In this document: in pieces, positions 41,483-52,586 of the stretch
Layout: every line of letters begins with the position of its first letter
Position numbering within the stretch: position 1 is the first letter of the stretch
Source: an uncultured Lachnospiraceae bacterium
GTDB lineage: Bacteria; Bacillota; Clostridia; Lachnospirales; Lachnospiraceae
NCBI GenBank assembly: GCA_905196345.1
Contig: CAJJVD010000003.1
Span: 770-64,769, forward strand
DNA: 64,000 bases
Direction of reading: 5' to 3'
The notes under the pieces: generated by a model
Seen by the model: only the letters and a program-made list of their open reading frames with translations
Told to the model about the DNA's origin: nothing
Databases searched by the model: none
Position numbers and translations under genes: made by a program

Positions 41483-42144
41483 TGAACAGGGATCATGACC
41501 GATTGAAAAAAGAGGCCGTACGTTACCTGGGATATGGAAGAAATGCGGCAGATGAAAAGACGTCCGCGCTGATCGAGAGTGCCTTCAAGGAACTGGATTC
41601 AGCCGCGAATCCGAAATTTGTCTACCGCATCTTTGATTTGACGCGTACGGAAGGAACGTGCATCGGTTTTGGTCAAGTTGAGATTCAGAGCAGAAGTTTG
41701 GGGAGAAATTTAAAAGGGTGTGAGCAGATTATACTGTTTGGTGCAACACTTGGGATAGGTGTAGATCAACTGCTGGCAAGAAAGTCTGTGACGGATATGG
41801 CGTATGCAGTAGTGGCACAAGCGTGTGCATCAGCATTGCTTGAAGAATATTGTGATCAGTGTCAGGAGCAGATTGCGGAGATTTTAAGGAAAGAGGGAAG
41901 ATTTCTTCGACCAAGATTTAGTCCGGGATATGGAGATTTTCCAATTGATTTTCAAAAACAGTTGATGCAGATTTTAGACTGTGCCAAACAAATCGGCTTG
42001 ACAATGACAGAGAGTTATATGATGACACCGGTGAAGTCGGTGACGGCTGTAATCGGGGTATCGGCGCAGGATGCCGGGTGCAGAAGTGTACCATGTGAAG
42101 AATGTGATAAAAAAGACTGTAAATATAGAAGGGACAACATATGA
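41476..42144 (+). CDS. Stand-alone vitamin-B12-dependent methionine synthase activation (AdoMet-binding) domain protein
   Basis: Matches the MetH C-terminal reactivation domain (RFSPGYGD); sits between metF and a core metH that lacks this domain. Confidence 0.7.
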   Translation: MLMNRDHDRLKKEAVRYLGYGRNAADEKTSALIESAFKELDSAANPKFVYRIFDLTRTEGTCIGFGQVEIQSRSLGRNLKGCEQIILFGATLGIGVDQLLARKSVTDMAYAVVAQACASALLEEYCDQCQEQIAEILRKEGRFLRPRFSPGYGDFPIDFQKQLMQILDCAKQIGLTMTESYMMTPVKSVTAVIGVSAQDAGCRSVPCEECDKKDCKYRRDNI

Positions 42145-44528
42145 TAAGAGAACGCTTGGGAAAAGAATTACTGTTTTTTGATGGTGGTATGGGAACACTT
42201 TTGCAGGAAAAGGGGTTAAAACCGGGAGAGCTGCCGGAAGTGTGGAATCTGGAGCATGGACAGGATGTGACAGATATCCATAGAGAATATATTGAGTCTG
42301 GAAGTGATATCGTATTAACTAATACATTTGGGGCTAATGCCCTTAAATTTCATGATCCAAAGTATTCTATTAAGGATGTAGTGAATGCGGCGGTTATGCA
42401 CGTGAAGAACGCAATTGTGCAGTCTGGAACAGGGCGAAAGATTTATACAGCGCTGGATGTTGGTCCAACGGGAAAATTGTTAAAACCGATGGGAGATCTG
42501 GATTTTGAAGAAGCCTATGAAGCGTTCAAAGAAGTGATGATATATGGGGAAGAAGCAGGTGTGGATTTGATTCATATTGAAACAATGAGTGACACCTATG
42601 AAATCAAAGCAGCGGTATTGGCTGCAAAAGAAAATACCCATCTTCCTGTGTTTGTAACAGCGGTATTTGACGAGCGAAAGAAACTTTTAACCGGGGCAGA
42701 TGTTCCGGCATTTGTCAGTCTTTTAGAAGGGTTGCGTGTGGATGCTCTGGGAGTCAATTGCGGCTTGGGACCGGAACAAATGATACCGATTTTAGAAGAG
42801 ATGGCATCATTTGCGTCTTTTCCTATTATTGTGAAACCGAATGCAGGACTGCCGAAACAAAAAGAGGGGGAAACGGTTTACGAAGTAACTCCTTCTGGAT
42901 TTGCCGAGCAGATGAAAAAAATTGTTGAGACAGGGGCTGTAATTATCGGAGGATGTTGTGGAACAACGCCGGCCCATATAGCGGAAATGATAAAAACTTG
43001 CAGAAATCTTTCTGTTAGATCTGTTTCGAAAAAAACGGATACCATTGTATCATCCTATGGTCAGGCAGTGATTTTTGGAAAGGATTCCAAGATTATCGGT
43101 GAGCGGATCAATCCCACAGGAAAGAAACGTTTTAAGCAGGCCTTAAAGGAGCATGATATTGACTATATTTTAAAAGAAGGGATCATGCAGGAAGATCGAG
43201 GTGCACACATTCTGGATGTTAATGTAGGGCTTCCAGATGTGGATGAAGTGGCAATGATGACAGATGCGGTGACCGGACTGCAGAGTGTAACGAGTCTGCC
43301 CTTACAGATTGATACAGTGAATACTGCCGCAATGGAAAAAGCACTTCGAATCTATAATGGAAAAGCAATGGTTAATTCTGTCAGTGGAAAACAAGAATCT
43401 ATGGATGCTGTATTTCCTTTGATACAGAAATATGGAGGCGTGGTAATCGGGCTGACTTTGGATGAAAATGGAATTCCGGAAACAGCAGATGGAAGAGTTG
43501 CAATTGCAAAAAAAATAATTGCAGAAGCTGAAAAATATGGAATCGAGAAAAAGGATATTGTGATTGATGGACTTGCTATGACAATTAGTTCTGAACCGAC
43601 AGGGGCTTTGGTTACTTTGGAAACAGTGCGTCGTGTCCGTCAGGAGCTGGGGGTCCACACCGTGCTTGGTGTTTCGAATATTTCTTTTGGTCTGCCTAAT
43701 CGTCCGGTGATCAACGCCACATTTTATACAATGGCTATGTCAAATGGATTGAGTGCTGGAATTATTAATCCATCGTCCGAAGAAATGATGAAATCATATG
43801 ATTCTTATCATGCCTTAATGAATATGGATGATAATTGCAGTCATTATATAGAAAAATATGGAGCACAGCCGGCAGAACAGAAGGCTGTTACAGTAACTGA
43901 TTCAAATATGACCTTGCAGGCAGCCATTGAACGTGGACTAAAGGAAGAGGCGGAACGCCTTGCTGTGATTGCTGCCGGAGAGCGGAAACCGTTAGAAATT
44001 ATTAATCAGGAATTGATTCCTGCACTGGATTATGTGGGAAAAGGATTTGAAGATGGAAGTGTATTTCTTCCACAGCTTTTGATGAGTGCTGATGCGGCAA
44101 AGGCGGCATTTGAAGTGCTGAAAAAAGAGATGAATCATGAAGATAATGCAGAGACCAAAAAAGAAAAGGTGATTCTTGCAACTGTAAAAGGAGATATTCA
44201 TGATATTGGAAAAAATATTGTCAAAGTTCTTCTTGAAAATTACAGTTTTGATGTGATTGATCTTGGAAAAGATGTGGCGCCGGAGATGATTTTGCAGACA
44301 GCACAAGCGCAACAGGTGAAGCTGGTTGGATTGAGTGCGTTGATGACTACAACGGTTGTTAGTATGGAAGAAACCATCTGCCTTTTGAAGAAACATATGC
44401 CGGAATGTAAAGTTATGGTAGGAGGAGCTGTTCTGAACCAGGAATATGCGGATATGATCGGAGCTGATTTTTACGGTAAGGATGCAATGCAGTCGGTGCA
44501 TTATGCACAGAAATTGCTGCAGTCATAA
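42141..44528 (+). CDS. metH: Cobalamin-dependent methionine synthase, core (Hcy-binding, pterin-binding, B12-cap and B12-binding domains; no activation domain)
   Basis: Hcy S-methyltransferase N-terminus (GGCCGTTP), pterin-binding barrel, and a B12-binding DxHxxG-like motif (GDIHDIGKN). Confidence 0.85.
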   Translation: MIRERLGKELLFFDGGMGTLLQEKGLKPGELPEVWNLEHGQDVTDIHREYIESGSDIVLTNTFGANALKFHDPKYSIKDVVNAAVMHVKNAIVQSGTGRKIYTALDVGPTGKLLKPMGDLDFEEAYEAFKEVMIYGEEAGVDLIHIETMSDTYEIKAAVLAAKENTHLPVFVTAVFDERKKLLTGADVPAFVSLLEGLRVDALGVNCGLGPEQMIPILEEMASFASFPIIVKPNAGLPKQKEGETVYEVTPSGFAEQMKKIVETGAVIIGGCCGTTPAHIAEMIKTCRNLSVRSVSKKTDTIVSSYGQAVIFGKDSKIIGERINPTGKKRFKQALKEHDIDYILKEGIMQEDRGAHILDVNVGLPDVDEVAMMTDAVTGLQSVTSLPLQIDTVNTAAMEKALRIYNGKAMVNSVSGKQESMDAVFPLIQKYGGVVIGLTLDENGIPETADGRVAIAKKIIAEAEKYGIEKKDIVIDGLAMTISSEPTGALVTLETVRRVRQELGVHTVLGVSNISFGLPNRPVINATFYTMAMSNGLSAGIINPSSEEMMKSYDSYHALMNMDDNCSHYIEKYGAQPAEQKAVTVTDSNMTLQAAIERGLKEEAERLAVIAAGERKPLEIINQELIPALDYVGKGFEDGSVFLPQLLMSADAAKAAFEVLKKEMNHEDNAETKKEKVILATVKGDIHDIGKNIVKVLLENYSFDVIDLGKDVAPEMILQTAQAQQVKLVGLSALMTTTVVSMEETICLLKKHMPECKVMVGGAVLNQEYADMIGADFYGKDAMQSVHYAQKLLQS

Positions 44529-44559
44529 TAGAACAAGCAAGAGATAGGAGGATTTACAA

Positions 44560-46071
44560 ATGTTAAGAGGAATTGACACGCCAGTACGTTATATTCGAAA
44601 GAGAGTGTTTACGGAGGTTGCCAAGCTGGGATTTAAAGAGGATACGGCATCATTAAAAGATGATATGGAAATGATTCCGTATATGATTGTAAATGATGAT
44701 ACAGAAAAATATAGAGAGAGTACATATCGTTCCAGAGCGATTGTGCGTGAACGACTGCGTCTTGCAATGGGATTATCCCTTCGTCCGGAAGATCAGCCGA
44801 CACCTTTGACAGCTGGTGTAGAAGCAAGTAATATTTCTGAAAAATACTATGAGCCACCGCTGATGCAGGTGATTCCATCTGCATGTGACGGCTGCGAGGA
44901 AAATGGTTATGAGGTCAGTAATATGTGTCGTGGTTGTCTGGCACATCCATGTATGCAGGTATGTCCAAAAGGAGCAATTTCGTTTGTAGATGGAAAATCT
45001 TATATTGATCAATCGAAATGTATTAAATGTGGAAAATGTAAATCTGCCTGTCCGTATGATGCAATAGCTAAAAAAGAACGTCCATGCAAGGCTGCATGTG
45101 GAGTAAATGCAATTGGAACAGATAAATATGGACGCGCATATATTGATCCGGAAAAGTGTGTGTCTTGTGGTATGTGTATGGTAAGCTGTCCATTCGGTGC
45201 AATATCAGATAAGTCTCAGATTTTCCAGTTGGCACGTGCTTTATCTGATGGAGATAAGGTTGTTGCTGAAATCGCACCGGCTTTTGTAGGACAGTTTGGA
45301 GAAAATATAACACCACGTAATATCAAAGCAGCACTTCAGGAACTCGGATTTTCTGAAGTCTACGAGGTAGCGTTGGGCGCTGATATCGGCGCGATTGCAG
45401 AGGCACATCACTATGTAGAGAAAGTGGTGAGTGGAGAACTTCCATTTTTATTGACCTCCTGTTGCCCTTCCTGGGCAATGCTGGCGAAGAAGTATTTCCC
45501 GGAAATGATTGACCAGATTTCTGAGGAACTGACGCCGATGGTTGCAACAGCACGTACAATCAAGCAGGAACACCCAGATGCAAAAGTTGTTTTTATCGGA
45601 CCATGTGCGGCAAAGAAACTGGAAGCCTCCAGAAGAACTGTACGAAGTGATGTGGATTTTGTAGTAACTTATGAAGAGCTGCAGGCAATGTTTGAGGCGA
45701 AAGATATTGATATTACAAAATATGAAGCAGAGTCTTCGTTCCATGATGCCACAGGAGCAGGAAGAAGATATGGATACGCAGGTGGCGTTGCAGAGTCTAT
45801 TGAAAAATGTATTAATGAATATTATCCGGATGTACAGGTCAATATTGAACATGCAGAAGGGCTGGCAGAGTGTAAGAAGACATTAGCGCTTGCTAAAGCA
45901 GGAAAAATGAATGGATGTTTGATTGAAGGAATGGGATGTCCGGGTGGATGTATTGCAGGAGCAGGAACTAACATTCCGGTAGCGAAGGCGAAAAAATTAT
46001 TGAGTGCTTATGTAAATAATTCCAGTACACCAATACCATCAAAAGAACTGGAAAAAATAGAATTGAAGTAA
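44560..46071 (+). CDS. [FeFe]-hydrogenase family protein with a complete set of H-cluster motifs and N-terminal 4Fe-4S ferredoxin-like domains
   Basis: TSCCPSW, GPCAAKKLE and EGMGCPGGC correspond to the L1/L2/L3 H-cluster signatures; two CxxCxxCxxxCP motifs and extra Cys clusters upstream; Cys-free N-terminal ~100 aa. Confidence 0.7.
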   Translation: MLRGIDTPVRYIRKRVFTEVAKLGFKEDTASLKDDMEMIPYMIVNDDTEKYRESTYRSRAIVRERLRLAMGLSLRPEDQPTPLTAGVEASNISEKYYEPPLMQVIPSACDGCEENGYEVSNMCRGCLAHPCMQVCPKGAISFVDGKSYIDQSKCIKCGKCKSACPYDAIAKKERPCKAACGVNAIGTDKYGRAYIDPEKCVSCGMCMVSCPFGAISDKSQIFQLARALSDGDKVVAEIAPAFVGQFGENITPRNIKAALQELGFSEVYEVALGADIGAIAEAHHYVEKVVSGELPFLLTSCCPSWAMLAKKYFPEMIDQISEELTPMVATARTIKQEHPDAKVVFIGPCAAKKLEASRRTVRSDVDFVVTYEELQAMFEAKDIDITKYEAESSFHDATGAGRRYGYAGGVAESIEKCINEYYPDVQVNIEHAEGLAECKKTLALAKAGKMNGCLIEGMGCPGGCIAGAGTNIPVAKAKKLLSAYVNNSSTPIPSKELEKIELK

Positions 46072-46188
46072 AGAGCTAAGTAATGTTGGGATTTTGTTTG
46101 AAAAAATTCCAGGGCTATGATATTATAAGCGTTAGGCATTATCTAGAATAATTAATTTGGAAAGATAGAAACCAGGAGGATAAAGACT

Positions 46189-48843
46189 ATGCAGTCGTAT
46201 GGAGTGAATGAATTGAGAAAGATGTTTCTGGAGTTTTTTGAAAGCAAAGGACATCTTGCAATGAAGAGTTTTTCGCTTGTACCGCACAATGATAAGAGCC
46301 TTTTGCTTATCAATTCCGGTATGGCACCATTGAAACCATATTTTACAGGGCAGGAGATCCCGCCGAGAACACGTGTGACAACTTGTCAGAAGTGTATTCG
46401 TACCGGTGATATTGAAAATGTAGGAAAAACTGCTCGACATGGTACATTTTTTGAGATGCTTGGAAACTTCTCTTTTGGAGATTATTTTAAAAATGAAGCA
46501 ATTGAATGGTCCTGGGAGTTTTTAACAGAAGTTGTGGGCTTGGATCCGGAACGGTTATATCCATCTGTGTATGAAGAAGATGATGAAGCATTTGAAATTT
46601 GGAATAAAAAGATGGGGATTCCGGCAGAACGTATCTTCCGTTTTGGTAAGGAAGATAATTTCTGGGAGCATGGTTCTGGACCATGTGGACCATGTTCAGA
46701 GATTTATTATGACAGAGGAGAAAAATACGGATGTGGGAAACCGGATTGTACGGTAGGATGCGAGTGTGATCGTTATATGGAGATCTGGAATAACGTATTT
46801 TCTCAGTTTAACAATGACGGACATGGCAATTACACGGATTTGATCCAGAAAAATATTGATACAGGAATGGGATTGGAACGTCTTGCATCTGTTGTCCAAG
46901 ATGTGGATTCTATTTTTGATGTAGATACCATTAAGGCTTTACGTGATCATGTGTGCAGATTGTCAGGAAAAACCTACGGAGCAGAGTATAACAATGATGT
47001 ATCCATTCGTGTTGTAACCGATCATGTGCGTTCTGTTACATTTATGATTTCTGACGGAATTATGCCATCTAACAGTGGACGAGGATATGTGTTGCGTCGT
47101 CTTCTTCGTCGAGCGTGCAGACATGGAAGACTCCTGGGAATTCAGGGTGCGTTTCTTGTAGAGCTGGTAACAACTGTCATTGAAGGCTCAAAAGATGGAT
47201 ATCCAGAACTGGAAGAAAAGAAAGAATTTATTTTTAATGTTATCGCTAAGGAAGAATCTAAATTCAATATGACGATTGATCAGGGGCTTTCTATTCTGGC
47301 TGAAATGGAAGCTGAAATGGAAAAGAACGGAGAAAAAGTCCTTTCCGGAGAAAATGCGTTTAAGTTATACGATACGTATGGTTTCCCGGTAGATCTGACT
47401 AGCGAGATTCTGGAAGAAAAAGGACTGACTTATGACGAAGAAGGGTTCAAAAAGGCACAGCAGGAACAACGTGCGAAATCAGAAGGAACGTTTGGTGTAC
47501 ATGCAATGTCTGGAAAAGAAGCAAGTGTATATGATCAGTTAGATACAAAACTGGAATCTACATTTGTGGGATATGATCATTTGACTTATGTTTCCGAGAT
47601 TACTGCCATGACAACTGATGCATCACAGAAGGATGCGGAAGTAACAGATGCGCTTTCAGATGGAGAAAAGGGAACGATTATTGTAAATGAAACTCCGTTT
47701 TATGCAACCAGTGGAGGACAGGAAGCAGATACTGGTGTAATTCGTACAGAAACAGGCGAATTTCGTGTAGAGGATACCATCAAGTTATTGGGTGGCAAGA
47801 TTGGGCATATTGGACAAGTTGTGAAAGGTATGCTTAAAGTCGGAGATTCTGTAACACTGGAAGTTGATGCGGAGAAACGAGCACTTTCAGCAAGAAATCA
47901 CAGTGCTACACATTTACTTCAGAAAGCATTGCGTACAGTTCTTGGAACTCATATTGAACAGGCTGGATCCAGTGTGAATGAAGATCGTTTGCGGTTTGAT
48001 TTCACCCACTTTTCTGCATTGACAGAGGAAGAACTGAAACAGGTGGAGAAACTTGTCAATGAAAGCATTTCCAAGGCATATTCTGTAGATATTAAAAATA
48101 TGCCGATTGAAGAAGCGAAGAAAACAGGGGCTCAGGCGTTGTTCGGAGAAAAGTATGGAGATGTTGTTCGCGTTGTCAATATGGGTGATTACTCAATTGA
48201 ATTCTGTGGTGGAACTCATGTCAAGAATACTTCTGAAATCATGGCGCTGAAGATTGTTTCTGAAACCGGAGTGGCTGCAGGTGTACGTCGAATTGAAGCA
48301 CTGACTTCAACAGGATTATTAAAATATTACGACGATTTGGAAGAGAAGATACAGGAAGCGGCAAAACTAGTGAAAGCAACACCGGAGACTCTCTCAGAGA
48401 AGCTAGCTCATGTTATTGCTGAGAATAAAACACTTCACAGTGAAGTAGAGAGTTTAAAGAGCAAGATGGCACAGGAGGCGGCCGGAGATGTTATGGATCA
48501 AGTGCAAGAGATTGCAGGAGTGAAATTGTTGGCGGCAGAACTGAATGACATCGACATGAATGGATTGAGAGATCTCGGAGATCAGATGAAGGAGAAGCTG
48601 GGAGAAGGGGTTGTAGTTCTGGCATCTGCTAATGGCGGAAAAGTAAATCTGATGGTAACGGCTACGGATGGTGCAATGAAGAATGGTGCTCATGCGGGAA
48701 ATCTTGTGAAAGCAATCGCGGGATGTATTGGCGGTGGCGGTGGTGGAAGACCGAACATGGCACAGGCTGGAGGTAAAAATCCGGCAGGAATTGCAGACGC
48801 ACTTTCAAAAGCAGCAGAAGTACTTGCAGAACAGTTGGCGTAG
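46189..48843 (+). CDS. alaS: Alanine--tRNA ligase
   Basis: Class II aaRS core, editing-domain HxxxH...CGGTH motif, C-terminal DHHA1 GGGGG. Confidence 0.95.
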   Translation: MQSYGVNELRKMFLEFFESKGHLAMKSFSLVPHNDKSLLLINSGMAPLKPYFTGQEIPPRTRVTTCQKCIRTGDIENVGKTARHGTFFEMLGNFSFGDYFKNEAIEWSWEFLTEVVGLDPERLYPSVYEEDDEAFEIWNKKMGIPAERIFRFGKEDNFWEHGSGPCGPCSEIYYDRGEKYGCGKPDCTVGCECDRYMEIWNNVFSQFNNDGHGNYTDLIQKNIDTGMGLERLASVVQDVDSIFDVDTIKALRDHVCRLSGKTYGAEYNNDVSIRVVTDHVRSVTFMISDGIMPSNSGRGYVLRRLLRRACRHGRLLGIQGAFLVELVTTVIEGSKDGYPELEEKKEFIFNVIAKEESKFNMTIDQGLSILAEMEAEMEKNGEKVLSGENAFKLYDTYGFPVDLTSEILEEKGLTYDEEGFKKAQQEQRAKSEGTFGVHAMSGKEASVYDQLDTKLESTFVGYDHLTYVSEITAMTTDASQKDAEVTDALSDGEKGTIIVNETPFYATSGGQEADTGVIRTETGEFRVEDTIKLLGGKIGHIGQVVKGMLKVGDSVTLEVDAEKRALSARNHSATHLLQKALRTVLGTHIEQAGSSVNEDRLRFDFTHFSALTEEELKQVEKLVNESISKAYSVDIKNMPIEEAKKTGAQALFGEKYGDVVRVVNMGDYSIEFCGGTHVKNTSEIMALKIVSETGVAAGVRRIEALTSTGLLKYYDDLEEKIQEAAKLVKATPETLSEKLAHVIAENKTLHSEVESLKSKMAQEAAGDVMDQVQEIAGVKLLAAELNDIDMNGLRDLGDQMKEKLGEGVVVLASANGGKVNLMVTATDGAMKNGAHAGNLVKAIAGCIGGGGGGRPNMAQAGGKNPAGIADALSKAAEVLAEQLA

Positions 48844-48893
48844 GCGTTTGGAGAAAAAAAGAGAAAAAATATAATTTTTTCAGCAGGAAATAG

Positions 48894-48921
48894 TTGACGT
48901 ACTCAAAAAATATGTTATAAT
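48894..48921 (+). promoter_or_regulatory. Sigma-A promoter (TTGACG-16-TGtTATAAT, extended -10) for rpsU
   Basis: Consensus hexamers upstream of the short rpsU gene. Confidence 0.5.
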
Positions 48922-49000
48922 CTTTTGTAGTGCAATAAATATACCCGAACAGTCGTATGATGCACAATACAAGGCTGGAGGGGAGGTTAGGTGTGAGACT

Positions 49001-49177
49001 ATGTCAAATGTAATCGTTAAAGAAAACGAAACGTTGGATAGTGCTTTACGCAGATTCAAAAGAAACTGTGCGAAAGCTGGCATTCAGCAGGAGATTCGTA
49101 AGAGAGAACACTACGAAAAGCCAAGCGTAAGACGTAAAAAGAAATCTGAAGCTGCTAGAAAACGTAAGTATAACTAA
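49001..49177 (+). CDS. rpsU: 30S ribosomal protein S21 (58 aa; below the ORF-track size cut-off)
   Basis: Manual translation [58 protein letters not shown] matches the S21 family; GGAGGGGAGG RBS. Confidence 0.85.
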   Translation: MSNVIVKENETLDSALRRFKRNCAKAGIQQEIRKREHYEKPSVRRKKKSEAARKRKYN

Positions 49178-49191
49178 TATGTGCAGTTAAA

Positions 49192-49224
49192 TGGAGTATC
49201 GACAATTCGATACTCCATTTTTAA
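49192..49224 (+). terminator. Rho-independent terminator after rpsU
   Basis: ATGGAGTATCGA-CAAT-TCGATACTCCAT followed by TTTTAAT. Confidence 0.7.
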
Positions 49225-49324
49225 TACATTTAATACACTGAGAATTTGCTTATGAAAAATGCCCAAAGAAAAGGATGGTTTATCACGCTAAAGCGGTGAA
49301 ACTGTGAAAACATAAAATTTTTGA

Positions 49325-49353
49325 TTGACAAGCTGACATGAAGCAGATAAAAT
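49325..49353 (+). promoter_or_regulatory. Sigma-A promoter (TTGACA-17-TAAAAT) for gdhA
   Basis: Consensus -35 hexamer. Confidence 0.45.
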
Positions 49354-49419
49354 ATACGAGTAAGAAAAAGGTAAGATATCAGATATAATATTTATCTGAT
49401 TATCATTTAAAGGAGGTAA

Positions 49420-50760
<1,341 letters not shown>

Positions 50761-50826
50761 TTCATAGATCAAAGCGAAATATTCAATTTTAGATCTTTAT
50801 TTCATAATGAACATTTAGATAAGTAT

Positions 50827-50866
50827 AAAAACTCTGGGAGACTTAGTCTTTCAGAGTTTTTATATT
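50827..50866 (+). terminator. Rho-independent terminator after gdhA
   Basis: AAAAACTCTG...CAGAGTTTTTATATT. Confidence 0.6.
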
Positions 50867-50996
50867 GGACTCATACATAGGTACCAATTGATTTTGGTGG
50901 ATATTTCGTGGTTGATTTGATATACTATATGTTAGTTAGAGAAAATGAATGACTAGAATCGTAAGGAATATAATTACAACAGAGGAGTTATCAGGA

Positions 50997-51662
50997 ATGA
51001 ATTTATTTGATATTCTGGGGCCTGTGATGGTTGGACCCTCCAGTTCTCATACTGCCGGAGCAGTTCGAATTGGGTATACTGCAAGAACTTTATTAGGAAG
51101 TACACCGATCAGTGCAGAAATCGGGCTGCATGGTTCCTTTGCAGCAACCGGACGGGGACATGGTACAGATCGAGCGTTAGTTGCAGGATTATTAGGGATG
51201 AAACCGGACGATATGCGTATACCGGAAAGTTTTGAAATAGCAAAGAATCAGGGGATGCAATTTTCGATTGAAAATGTGCAGATTGCAGGTGCCCATCCCA
51301 ATACAGCCAGATTGCGTGTAAAAGATAAACAAGGGAATGAATTGGAAGTGCAGGCGTCTTCTGTCGGCGGAGGGCGGATCTTGATTAATAAGCTGGATGG
51401 TATTACAGTGAACTGTACGGGAGAAGGTCCGACTTTGATCGTGCACAATCAAGATCATCCGGGACATGTATCAGAGGTAACCACGATGCTTGCAAAGCGG
51501 GAAATTAATATTGCAACCCTGCAGTTATATCGAAATAAGCGCGGGGGTGATGCTGTGATGGTCATTGAGATAGACCAACCGGTGCCGGAAGAGGCTGTTC
51601 GTTGGCTGGAGCAAAAACCGGGAATTATGAAAGTTACTTATTTGAATGGAGCGGAGGTATAA
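50997..51662 (+). CDS. sdaAB: L-serine dehydratase, iron-sulfur-dependent, beta subunit
   Basis: Beta-chain family with C-terminal ACT-like domain; start at MNLFDILGP (track ORF starts upstream at 50949). Confidence 0.8.
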   Translation: MNLFDILGPVMVGPSSSHTAGAVRIGYTARTLLGSTPISAEIGLHGSFAATGRGHGTDRALVAGLLGMKPDDMRIPESFEIAKNQGMQFSIENVQIAGAHPNTARLRVKDKQGNELEVQASSVGGGRILINKLDGITVNCTGEGPTLIVHNQDHPGHVSEVTTMLAKREINIATLQLYRNKRGGDAVMVIEIDQPVPEEAVRWLEQKPGIMKVTYLNGAEV

Positions 51663-51663
51663 T

Positions 51664-52533
51664 ATGGCATATCAGTCATTGGATGAAATCGCAGAATATG
51701 GAAAAAAACATGAAGAACCCTTTTGGCGTGCTGTTATGCTGGATGATGTAAATGAACGGACAGTGACAGAACAGGAGTCTGTGGAATCTATGCGTGAAAT
51801 GTGGAAAGCTATGCTTTCCGCAAGTGAGGAGTATGATGAAACGTTAATTTCCAACAGTGGTCTGGTCGGCGGTCTGGGCGGCAAGATGGAGGAGTATCGT
51901 AAAAAAGGAAATACACTTAGTGGAGATTTTACTGCACGTGTCATTGCTCATGCATTACAGATGGGAGAATCAAATGCCTGTATGAAACGAATTGTGGCAG
52001 CGCCAACGGCAGGCGCTTGCGGAGTATTGCCGGCGGTATTGGTTCCATTGTATCAAGATGGAAAGGTTACAGAAGAACAGATTGTAGAAAGCCTCTATGT
52101 GGCGGCGGGAATTGGACAAGTCATTGCGGCGCGGGCTTTTATTGCAGGCGCGGCAGGTGGATGTCAGGCCGAAATCGGTTCCGCATCTGCGATGGCGGCA
52201 GGAGCCCTTGTGAGTTTGCGGGGAGGAAATTCGGAACAGATTACACATGCTGCCGGAATGGCGCTGAAAAACCTGCTCGGATTGGTATGTGATCCGGTGG
52301 CAGGTCTGGTAGAGGTTCCTTGTGTAAAGAGAAATGTAATCGGCGCTGTCAATGCATTGGCAAGTGCAGATATGGCGCTGGCAGGAATTACGAGCCGGAT
52401 TCCCCCGGATCAAGTGATTGATGCCATGCGTGAAATAGGAGAATCGATGCATAGTTCACTGAGAGAAACAGGGGAAGGCGGAGTGGCAAATACGCCGGCA
52501 GCAAAAGAAATCGAAAATTTGTATTTTCTGTGA
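51664..52533 (+). CDS. sdaAA: L-serine dehydratase, iron-sulfur-dependent, alpha subunit
   Basis: Alpha-chain family with conserved Cys (CGVLP...CDPV); GGAGGT RBS. Confidence 0.85.
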   Translation: MAYQSLDEIAEYGKKHEEPFWRAVMLDDVNERTVTEQESVESMREMWKAMLSASEEYDETLISNSGLVGGLGGKMEEYRKKGNTLSGDFTARVIAHALQMGESNACMKRIVAAPTAGACGVLPAVLVPLYQDGKVTEEQIVESLYVAAGIGQVIAARAFIAGAAGGCQAEIGSASAMAAGALVSLRGGNSEQITHAAGMALKNLLGLVCDPVAGLVEVPCVKRNVIGAVNALASADMALAGITSRIPPDQVIDAMREIGESMHSSLRETGEGGVANTPAAKEIENLYFL

Positions 52534-52548
52534 AATGTGAAACTTGTA

Positions 52549-52577
52549 TTGACATTTTATAGAAAAACGTTTATAGT
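52549..52577 (+). promoter_or_regulatory. Sigma-A promoter (TTGACA-17-TATAGT) driving the leader of the P-type ATPase gene
   Basis: Consensus -35; predicted TSS immediately before the riboswitch-like element. Confidence 0.45.
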
Positions 52578-52586
52578 TAGTTTCGA

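Noticed and set aside
46072-46188. T-box leader upstream of alaS
   Set aside because: The intergenic region is only 117 nt, too short for a T-box riboswitch, and no specifier or T-box sequence is visible
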